Below are positions 51,216 to 61,921 of a stretch of DNA of 64,000 nucleotides, in pieces; the first letter of the stretch is position 1; each line of letters starts with the position of its first letter. The notes beneath the pieces are model-generated. The model saw only the letters and a list, made by a program, of their open reading frames with translations. It ran no database searches and was not told where the DNA came from. Where the stretch lies: positions 5,098,171-5,162,170 of the forward strand of contig OZ316893.1 in assembly GCA_973895155.1 (NCBI GenBank), in the 5' to 3' direction. The translations under genes and the position numbers were made by a program. This DNA is from Marsupella aquatica (taxonomy: Eukaryota > Plantae > Marchantiophyta).

Positions 51216-52166
51216 GCTCGGTTCCCCGGCGAATCCTAATTGAAACCATTGCATCAGACCTATGCGGTAGTAGCTCGATGAGACGTCTAATGATGTCTCA
51301 AATCAATATCCTTTCATAAATCCAATGCCATTGTCGGCTCAAGGACTCCAAGAATTGTTGCTTCCGGAAATAGTGAGCGACCTTTGGGACAATCCTGGGA
51401 TCGGAGCAGCTAACCGTCTCGCATTCCAAACCAATTCATCAACTATGTACTTGACTTGGACCGGGCGGGGATCTGATGAGATGGAGATAAGTTACGGTGG
51501 AGAGGTTACAGTGAAGTTGACGGACACTTTCCTTGGGAGTCGGCATGTGTGCGGTTTCTGACGTCATGCTCGCTAGGTAACACCACAATCATGGGTGTGA
51601 TCGAGCACCCCGTGCCACCAAACAAGCATTCGCAGCTTAGCTCAATATCATTGTCGTACTGGCTATTGAAAGGCAGGTTCTCAGTCGCATCTGAACATTA
51701 TTTCATATCGCACTTCAGTGGTTTATTGAGACGAACTGTTCGTTGCAAGCTTGTGTTAATCCAAGGAATGATATATGTAGGAGTCGACCAGGCAGTGAAT
51801 TGAAGAAGCGTCCGGGAATACGAACGAATCGCTGTAAGTCACCTGTGACGAGACTGATGTTAGTCAATTGCGAAGTTTGGCAGGTCATGGGTAAGGATAC
51901 GCGGGAGTCGGTTATTATATCAACATGAATGAATAAGGATTACTGAGTGACGTTTATTGTAGTGCTCCGGGTTGGATTGAGAACGTTTGGTGTGGCTCAT
52001 GGAATTTGGACGCAGAGCTCTTCAAAAGCTTAGTTACCCCTCACTTGTGATTGGTTGTGTCGACGAGATACTCGATCTCCACTGTAGGACTACTTCGGTG
52101 ACCAAGAGCTGGGAAGACCTGTGTCTAGCTAGGGTCTAAATCAGCTTGCTCGTCACGGGCCGGGCT

Positions 52167-52676
52167 ATGAATCAAATGGGTTCCCCGATGGCTCTACAAA
52201 GTCCTAGTTCTATGCCTACGGGTATGTCTGGCGATGATATGATGATGGCGATGGCAATGCAAAATTTCTTTGTCTGGAGCAAAAATGTCACTCTGTGGTT
52301 TAGCCAATGGTCGACAAAGACGGGGGTAGAATACATTTTGACCTTGCTGGCGGTCTTCCTTCTCGCCGCCGTTTATCAATGGCTGACGAGTTTTCGCACA
52401 AATCTAGTTTCTCGGTTCAAAGCGATGCAGAGCTCGGCAGAGCCAGAAAAGTCGGACGAGCTAAAAGCAGGGAAGTTGGACGAGCTAGAAGCTGGCTTGG
52501 CGATAACTCCTACCCAAAGATATCCAAAGGCGGCAAAGTTGGGTCTTGCAGTTCTCTTTGGAATCAATTCGGCAATCGGATACTTGATCATGCTCGCTGT
52601 CATGGGCTTCAACGTAGGAGTATTTCTGGCTGTGGTGTTGGGCCTCACCGTTGCATACCTTTTCTGCGATTTATGA
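52167..52676 (+). CDS. COPT: COPT/Ctr high-affinity copper transporter (169 aa)
   Basis: Met-rich N-terminus (MMMAMAMQNFFVW), LWFSQW, three hydrophobic segments, YLIMLAVMGFN (MxxxM). Intronless CDS; probable 5' UTR intron 51834-52087. Confidence 0.95.
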   Translation: MNQMGSPMALQSPSSMPTGMSGDDMMMAMAMQNFFVWSKNVTLWFSQWSTKTGVEYILTLLAVFLLAAVYQWLTSFRTNLVSRFKAMQSSAEPEKSDELKAGKLDELEAGLAITPTQRYPKAAKLGLAVLFGINSAIGYLIMLAVMGFNVGVFLAVVLGLTVAYLFCDL

Positions 52677-55600
52677 CGTAGATCTGGATGATGCTCGGGG
52701 ATCGGAATCAGCTGTCTGTTAGCTCAGCTTTGTCTTGATTTGATTTTGTAGCATCGTGTATTCAGGGTCTCGTTATTTCCTCCGTTTCCATCATTATGTA
52801 AAGGAAAAGGTCGTGTATAACAATGGTCATATAGTCCAGAGTATGTGGGAATTAGTTTTAGGGGCGTTTCGATCCTTGAATGGCATCCCTCCGTGCCTGA
52901 AATTTGGTCAAACTTCGAAGGATTGGCCGCTCATACATGTTTAGTATCTTGATTGGAATTGAGTTAATGACAGGGTGCCTGCTATGCTTTATGATTCCAG
53001 AGCAGGGGAAGTACTTTCACTAGAAAAGTTCAGCTTGTGGGTTAGAGATACGTCAACTCACAGTGCAACAGTATATACTAATAAGCTGGTGCGTTTAATT
53101 AGAAACATAGTTAGTCACATGAATAATTCAAGCCCTTACATGAACAATCTAACAATTACATGAACAATCTAAGAATTTTCTAGTAACAACTGTGGAGGCC
53201 TCTTACTAACATGTTTCAGGTTCATCTCTACAGATCTAGCTTGCTCAGGCGGATTGTGCTATCTGTTGTTAGCAAACATACAAAATCTAAAGTCATTCAA
53301 TATGTTCCAACGCAAGCTGATTTCACTTAATTACTCTACTCAAGAACATCCAATGTAATTATTAGCCAGTTAAGTCAGAGAAAGTGGGGTAGAAGGAGAC
53401 TAGGATACTTGTTCTTTCCATTTCTCAACCGGGTTCTCGAGTATCGATGTAGGCACATTTAGTACTTGTCTTAGGGCATGAAAATTGGAAGAAACGACGC
53501 ATCTGGTCCAACATCGGAGACCTACACGAGACGAGCAATTCTGTCAGAGATATATGATAACCAATATCATCCAGAAAGCTTATGAATCTTTACGCCAGGT
53601 GTACTATCGAGACATTCTGACTTTGTCTGAAAGCCAAATACGCAAGCAAGTTAACTATGAACCTGCTTGGAGCTCTTATAAAACCAAAAATGTGTCAATG
53701 TCGAACAATTTTAACAGTATTTATGGAGCATGTGGTTCTTATAATGTTTGCGACGATAAGTACTCGTGTCGTACATATATCTTCCAACACATGACAATAG
53801 CGTTATCGGTGAAAATTTCGGCCGTTCGTCCCGAAAGCATCGAACACAATAAGTCGTTCTCTTCTTAAAAGAGACTGTCAGTGTTATGTTTAGAGCACGC
53901 TCACTAAAGAAAGAGTGATCGTTGTGGATACCCAGACAAGCTCGGCAATTGTAAATTCTCAAACTTGCCGAGAAGTTTTGGTCCCTGGTTACAAACAGAT
54001 TATAAATATGTGAACGGGCTTCAAGTTCACCAGGAACCAAAAGCCTCGCATTTTACGGTTCTATTCTAAATAGGCATCCATCATTCAAATTTGGAGATGT
54101 GAAGTGAATATGGCCAAATATGAATTTCATTTCCTCAGTCTATCACGATTTAGCAGTGAATTTAAGAGAATTTTGAAGAAGAGTATCAGACTTCTCCTCA
54201 ATACTGATGTGGAAGAATATTTTAGTAACGAACTTGAAGACCAAAATGTGCGTGAATCTTTGTAAATTAATCGAAAGCACTCAATTTGATTCAATCTTTG
54301 TTTTCTCCAGAATCTTGGTACTGTTACACATATACGTAGGCGCAGGTCTTGTGTGATTGTTATGAGTCACGACATCATTGAGAGCATGTTTGGTCTGATT
54401 TTATGGAATTGCAGCTTTGCAGCGATAAGGGCTTATGATTGCTCATAGCAAGTCTCGCCCAGTTGATTGTTGCAAACTGAATTCTATGCGAAGAAACGGC
54501 CATGACACTGCAAATTGCCTTCCTCAGAGATCTCACGAGTCAGAAAACACAGCAAGTCGCCTAACCTGCACATACGGCCTAGAAGTGTCCGGCCTGTCAA
54601 ATGTGAGACTGGTTGTCTTTTAGGTAGCGTCCCTCTCAATTGACCAAATTGTGAAGGCCAGCATGCTATAGAATTATATACTAATTCTCTAGCTTCGCAT
54701 CAAGTTAAGTTTGCGACCATCCGCATTGTTAGAGCAGTTTTCAAAAGCACACTTCATCATTTGATAATGTTCAATCACACTCGAGCCTGGAGAAGATTGA
54801 AGCATCCTTCATTCTAACAATCGGTCGCCGTTCGCAAGAAACACGAATCTGTGTATTATCCGATAAGTGTCGCACATGGAAATGGAGAATTTGTCGAAAC
54901 ATAAAGTTCATGTAATTGTTATAATGGGTTCGCTGCGGCATTGAATCGTCTTCGTGAATGCCCTTAAAATGAGGTCTTGTTCTCAGGGATCCTAGCCCTG
55001 TCCATACTGTGTTCTCATCTCACAGCTGTTACGAGTTGGACCAAATTTCATATATATCTGGCATCTGGCCCTCTCTAAAAATCTGGGCCCTAAGGATTCA
55101 TCAGCTACGATGAAATTAAACAGAAGTTGCTTATGAGTGTCATTGGGCCGCAAATGGATCGAGGCTCTCAAGATTATTCTCTCACGATAAGGCCAAACTA
55201 AGCCGGGAGTCCCCGCATTCACTTGTCGCTGGTCTCGGAAATCCACAGAGCTAAATTTCCATATACTGCGAGATTCGAAATCTATGTGTCCTACTTGGAT
55301 TGCTATGGCCTTGTCCTTCGCGTTTCTCGAGCAATCTATTAAGAACAAATGACATAATCAAGTGGCTCGGCCTACCCTTTGCGTCCCTGGGGATTAATCG
55401 CCTAGCTTGTTCAAAAGAACCGCTTGGGTTGCTGAAGCAGTATTGTTTGTGCAGATCTCTAGCCAGAGTAACATCCCGCCCTCGAAGCGGAAGGCCATTA
55501 ATATCGTGGATAGCATGGACATGGCATGTCAGAAATTTAAGCGCCAACCGGGTGCATTAAAAATGAAGACCTACCATGAGCATCAACGGCCGAGCGTATT

Positions 55601-57399
55601 ACAATATCAACCTCAATGAAGGGGACCTACCATTATCCATAGCGGTGGTATACCAGCTAGTGTAAGTTGAGATGGAACTGGGAAATTAGAATAATTGTGT
55701 CCGTTACAAAATGGCAGCGTCCCCCTTAACGATGCCAGGATTTGCTCCCTACCTGACGTAAGGCTAAGATCAGAAGCCTTTTCCGTATACCAGGTACACT
55801 GACTACACTCCCCCCTCACCTGTACCATGTACCTTGTACCAGTTCCCACCACTGTAGGTTTTCCAGCGGCTTTTCCAAAAAAACAAGGAACGCCAGAACG
55901 CGTATGGGAGACTTGTGCTTATCTAAGGTACCATGCGTCCACTATTCTCATCGGAATCAGGCATCCTTTTGAATTTTCGATTTCCCCACCTTTCTAGAAT
56001 CTCACAAAACAGGTCATTTATCATTCGTAGATGCAAATTTTATTACGAATAAGAAAACAAGAAATTGAATCAATGAAGCTGGATCCTCAAAACACCAGAT
56101 CATTGTACTCTGGTCGACAACTTTCAACAATCGATAGAGATCTTCCTGATCTGGACAGCTATCCTACAAAAGGTGCTTTCGATGATCAAGACGATAAAAT
56201 AATTAAGTCTGTGAGACCTTTCTGCATCCAGCTCTTAGCGCAGGATTTTCTTAGTGTAATGAAAGGATTAGGATCGAACAAATTAGTAGTATTTAATCAG
56301 ATAGACGACTGTTCAATTCGTGTCGTCATATTAGTAAAAGATGATTGCATTATAATCATAGTAAATAAACATTTGATAAAGAATTATTGTTTTCGAATCC
56401 AGCTTATGCATGTGTTAGTAATGTCCTCAGTTAAGAGAAAGTAACTTGCCCCTGGATTTGGAAGGAGTGAAAGTTGTGAGGGATAAAATCCTTGGTTCAA
56501 AACAATGTCGGCTCTCTTCTGACGTTTTGCTCGGTTATCGGCTGTAAGCTACGTGCAGGTTCCTTAATTTCGGGATGCTGCATGCCTTTTTGTCCCTACG
56601 AAAACAAGGGTACCTTTGATTCGATAATTAGTAGTACCTCCTTAAGTTAGTTAGAAGCAGTTTTTGTCTGAGTCCTTAGACGAACCCTTAAAACTTGGTC
56701 CAAGTACAGAAACTATCATTGCCATTTGATCACCGAAATCGAGGACTCGAACGACTACAAGAAGAAAGATAGTAGGCCTTCTGCAATCAGATTGAATGCG
56801 TAGCCTCGTATGACTAGACTCGACTAGGGAAGTAAACTTCAAGTCAGGAGTGAGATAGTACTTAGCTTGAAATGTTTTTAAATTGGATCACAGGGTACAC
56901 TTCAAGTACCTTAATTAAGACGAAGAAAGTAGCCATGATCAAATCAATAATTGATGCACAAAGGACAGGCTTAACTCAAAACTTGCGCTTTTTTCTGAAG
57001 AAGGCATGCTTAATTGAACTTAAAATCAGGCTCATTTCGGCTAATGAGATATTCCTTCGTCCAGAAAGGTTGACGCCTCGGATGCAGCCATAAGCTTAGT
57101 TTGATGCCAATGTTCAGTTTCTTAGAGAATGCTACTGTGTATCTCGTAATGGTTGTGAGATTGAGTGTCGAAGAGTGCTAAATTCCATCTTAAGTTTCGT
57201 CATTCCGGCCAGCCGAAATGAAACTGGAATGAATCAACGGTGCCCCGTTCTAACCACAAACAATTATACGAAAGTTGGGGACCCACGCGAGTACTTCGGT
57301 TGTCACAACATTCATCCAGCTCTCACGGAACCAATCTGGAGTTACATGTGGTATACGGTCCAGAAGTCCCTCAAAGGATGACACGCTTGGTTGCTGAAA

Positions 57400-58915
57400 C
57401 ACCTAGCCTTCCAAATATCTTGCGGCCTAGAACCCTTGCCTCTTGATACCATGACAAATTCAGCTTAGTTTGCTTTCTAGTTGGAGAAAAGGGTTCCCCT
57501 TTGCTCGGTCAGCTCAATGGGAATTATTCCGTGCTCGACCACACACTGGACAAGGCTTGGTGAGCACGTTGGATCCTCCAGTCGCCACAGAGATACGCAA
57601 AGCAGAACATCTGCATGAGAAACCGCCAGAAAGCATATGTAGGTGGCATTTTCGACAGGGAGTTTCCCGACATTCTGAAACGTTGGTAAAAAGGTTGAGG
57701 ATCAAATTAATGGAGCTTTGGTTCCTGCAAACGGCAAAAGTCAGGTAGTTCATGGATGGAATTAGAATGGCTGAACCTCTCGAATAGAAACATTACCTGT
57801 CGAGCAGTCATCGCTCTGTGCAAGATTTCTTGCTCCACATTAGACCAAACAATGATGTCCAAATCAAACGAGGTAGGAGCATGCTTGAGGTATGGTACAA
57901 TTATAAGCCAGTTGCACGGTTGAGACTCTCAGGCGGATTCCCATTTTTTTATTTAGCAAAAAAGAGCGGTGCGTCAGACCAAATAAACGGAATTTGTGGC
58001 ATATGATGCGAAGCACGACCTAGCTTGTTGTTGGTGACAATGAGGATTTTCATTGGAGAAACTATCTTCAGGTCAATATACAGGGTCTGCAATGTAAATC
58101 TCTAATGTATTGCTTTTGCCATATGTTCAGGCTAACCTTATCAGTCTCAGCGTCCTGATGAGCCTGTCTTGGAACTAATCAGGTTTCCAGCACATCTTGG
58201 CCAACTTAACTTATGGGGTTGTGAAAGTGGACTCAAATTAGGACAAACATGCAGGTGGTGGGGACTATGGCCCCTAGTGTTCATTCTCAGTCCGTGGGTT
58301 TATAAGTTACAAGTCTAGTTAAAGGTGCTCGGGAGATGGCCAATCCGTTCCAAACTAGCCTAAGTATTTGTTCTTAGAACATAGATAGAGCACATTCAAG
58401 TTCGTTTTGCCATTTAAGAGACCACCACTCTTCATTATAAAGTTCATTTTCAGGTTTCCTCTAGCAAGATTCGTGCTTTAGGTCTCCCATTCAAAGTGGC
58501 CCTATAGAACTTGAGGTGTCTTAATTAGATTGTCCAAAGGAGACCCTAGCAAAACTTAAGGGGCTTTAGCTAGTCTCAAGGAGACGGCTCTAGCAAAGCT
58601 TAGGGGTAATGTACTTTCGATAGTGGATAATAGATGCGCTAAAAGAGCTCAAGCGGGTTCGTCGGCTAAACCGTTAATAACAACAAAACCTCAACTGCAG
58701 TCAACGCCGTTCGGAACGCCTTCACAGCATACGCCGCTCTCTTAGAAACAGCGGGGCCTTGCTAGACTTAGTCACCACTACAATCAGCGGCTTCCGCCGC
58801 CGCCGCCATATCGAAGGCGAGTTTCTGACTAGCGGCAGGACGAACCGCTGAAGTTCTCCCGCCGCCAACCAAGCGAGTGCGTGCCAGTCGCCAGAGAGAG
58901 GGACAGAGAGTATTC
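57400..58915 (-). ncRNA. Putative spliced transcript without a long ORF (lncRNA, pri-miRNA or long leader); 3' end unknown
   Basis: CT-rich, GC-rich first-exon-like segment ~58915-58690; acceptor TTGCAG at 58087; 72-nt intron 57796-57725 (CAG|GTAATG ... CTGAC..TTTGCAG); only short ORFs in the joined exons. Confidence 0.35.
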
Positions 58916-58922
58916 GTCGAAA

Positions 58923-59213
58923 GTACTAAGGCCCACATAGAGCATTGGAGTCGCTCATCACGCGCCTTTGCGATCCGCTGCAGGTACTGTCCCTAGGGAC
59001 CCGTACGCGGTGAAGCCACAGACCGGTCCTGAGCCCTGACCTTGGTACAGTACTGTACCTTAACGGTAGGGACGGGGGGGGGGGTGTACTTTCGTCAAGG
59101 CCAAGGCCCCAGTGGTACGTGCGTACGTCTCACAAGAATGGGAATGTTTGTCGCAGGTTTCCCAGGTACGTACGGTAGGGGGAGGGACCCGTACCTATGT
59201 ACAGGGAGGGTAC
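58923..59213. promoter_or_regulatory. Dense GTAC cluster (candidate SBP/SPL copper-response elements)
   Basis: GTAC at 58923, 58984, 59003, 59045, 59050, 59055, 59086, 59115, 59123, 59166, 59170, 59191, 59199 and 59210; several in CCGTAC/GTACGG/CGTACG context. Confidence 0.6.
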
Positions 59214-59853
59214 GCCTTGGCAGTAAGTTAGGGTCCCTGGAGTTTCATGACTCTCTTTGCCGTAAGGCTTAGTTTTTTCTTCGTTACTTTCCATTGAGAA
59301 TATCTTTGTGTGTCTGGACTCTTTCTTCTCTTTTTTTCCATACCGTTATTGGGCCCATAATCCATACTCCTTTTTTGCCAATTTGTGTGATTGATTTCTG
59401 TGCAGTCGGAAAAGGATTCCATACTCTTGCTGCATACGGTACTCACCTGTACTTAGTTCCTTACACCAAGCAGAATGACAGTTATTTCTCGAACATAAGA
59501 GCCTCTACAGTAGCTCGTGCAACACTCAGGGTTGAGGTGAAATGTTATAACTGAGAAGATAATATAACTCTCTTGCTGTCCTGGTGGTGCCATTTCCAGT
59601 CACTCTAGTATTACAAGTGACCTTGAAGCCTATGGCTTTCTGGCTGGCTGGATTCAGGGTATGCCATTTATCTTTTACTGCTGACCTCTCTTCCTGGGGA
59701 GGTGCAAATTCTGTTATTTGCTCTGATTTGCATGTCAGTAAAGTCAGGTTAAGGAAGAAAAGAAAAATTCACCTAGATTGAAGGAAATTCATCAAACAAT
59801 TATGTATAGGATAATGGTCTTGGGATGGACCATTACTGCATATAAAGGTCTAC

Positions 59854-60075
59854 CATATGTTGACCTGCATATGCAAGGAGACATACGGGAGACCTTATAC
59901 GCATAATGGTCCAAAACAAACCCATTGGCCAATGCTAACAGGCCTAAAATATTTTGGCACAGACATATGTTGACCTGCATATGCAAGGAGACATACGGGA
60001 GACCTTATACGCATAATGGTCCAAAACAAACCCATTGGCCAATGCTAACAGGCCTAAAATATTTTGGCACAGACA
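59854..60075. repeat. Perfect 110-bp tandem duplication
   Basis: catatgttgacctgcatatgcaagg...ttttggcacaga at 59854 and 59964; no differences seen. Confidence 0.95.
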
Positions 60076-61921
60076 ATAGACAGGATTCATATATACCATT
60101 TGTCACACACCATGACTGTAGGCACATTCCAGAAAGTTATGATTTAAAAACACCTACTTAGGAATACCTCAAATTAAAGTATATAGTCACATTATGAGAC
60201 AAAAAATGATGATGTGGCACATTCCATTTGGCCCAAATACTCTTATAGTCAACCAATGCCCTTAAGGTGTCCCATGGAATCCTTATTATAAATCTTATGG
60301 ATTACACTATTTTTAATAGGTTTACGGGGATGCTCTGTTATACTCTACCTTTAATTATGAGTACCACGCACTTATACTCAAACGTGATCTATAGTCAACT
60401 TTCATTACAAGGCGAGGAACCTCCAGCAAACTGCTCTCATCCTGTCCACCTCTCCATCACATTATTCAATTAATCCAAATACCTCTCCAGTACTGCGCTG
60501 GTACTTTGAAATTTCCTGTTCTACCAAGTTGTTTTAAACATGAGTTATACAGTAACCTAGAGTAGTACTTTGCATTTGCAAGCTGGCAAGCGCATAGACC
60601 ATATTTATATGGCCTTTCCTTTCCTTTCCATTCATGGAGATCAGACCTAGTTCATATTAGAGAATTAAGGTATGTACAATCCCGAAAGAACCTCTTGTTT
60701 CCCAACCTCTTATTCACATTTTGCAGACATTGTACAGGTTGTGTCAGGTTTGTCTCCTAATAAGGATCCTTTGTACTAGCAGGGGAACAACGTGTCATCT
60801 CCCAAAGTATATAGGACTTTTTCATTTCAGTTTCCGTTGTCCAACTCAAATGAATCCTGGGATGAATCTGAATCCCTATTGTAAGGAGCTGCATGGAGAG
60901 ACTGACTGTACATAATGGACAATTGCTCGCTACTTTACCTGTCTATATCCAGTCGATATCAGAGCATATTGTCCTCAGGTGTCTCACTAGTAGGCGTCTA
61001 AAAGTTTTATACTTGTTAACTTGTGGTTGCATAATCCTTACGGACAAAACCAGTGTTCCCCAAGTTTTTGTTCCTACCAGACATCCAACATGGCTGTGAG
61101 GACGCTTCATGATAAGCTGGGGAGAAAAACACTATATATTTCACAAATGCCCAAGAATAGTTACAGGCAGATGTTACGACCAGAACCTGTTTAATTGCCA
61201 TATTGCTTGAGAAAGAGACACCCTATGCCCTGTTTGTTTACAAACCTATCATGTGCAACAACCTGGAGCTCTAGACATATTGAGTAATGTACATGAGAGT
61301 GACCCCTGCCATTATTAATATAAGTAGTTGTGAGCTATTTTTTCTCACATTAAGTGCCAAACGTGAAGGAAATTGGCTAGGAGACTGAGTGTCCAGATCT
61401 GTTGACAGGTACAAGTTTGGCTAATCCAGGATTCCTGGTAAAATAGAAAAGATTGCACTGTGTCACCTTAGGGATGTCACCAAGTGTGATGACCAAGGCA
61501 TCCTTTGCATTTGCATTTGAATGCTATTTCAATATATACATTATTCAACAGGAAAAAATATTTGTGGTAAGTGACAGTCATCCTTATTCTATCTTTTGTT
61601 GGTACTTTTAAGAATGTTTGCATGCAAAACAGCCCTGGGCAGAGATGAGGGCTACTGTAGTGGCTTCTCATGCAGGCAATTGTCTGGGAGTAAGTCACAC
61701 ACTTGATCAGTGCTGATCTGTTGTAATAGGGGGTGGCAAAGACGCAACCCGAAAAGTTTCACACCAGAGACTCCACAGTGTAGTAATAATTATAATCATT
61801 CTAAAGGGTGACTGATTAGCTTTGACACTATGGGTCAAGGGTGTGCAACAATAGGAGAATCTTACAGGCAACTCTTGCAGGACAGGGCTAGGGTGAACAC
61901 AGCCAAGCTTTTGGCCCACAT

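Noticed and set aside
53000-58900. miR408/miR397 precursor or FeSOD gene as the target of the GTAC cluster
   Set aside because: By eye I found no mature miRNA match in a hairpin and no FeSOD motifs; a computed search could overturn this
60900-61919. Possible decayed transposase next to copia copy 2
   Set aside because: Only vague Cys/His-containing fragments, with no diagnostic motif
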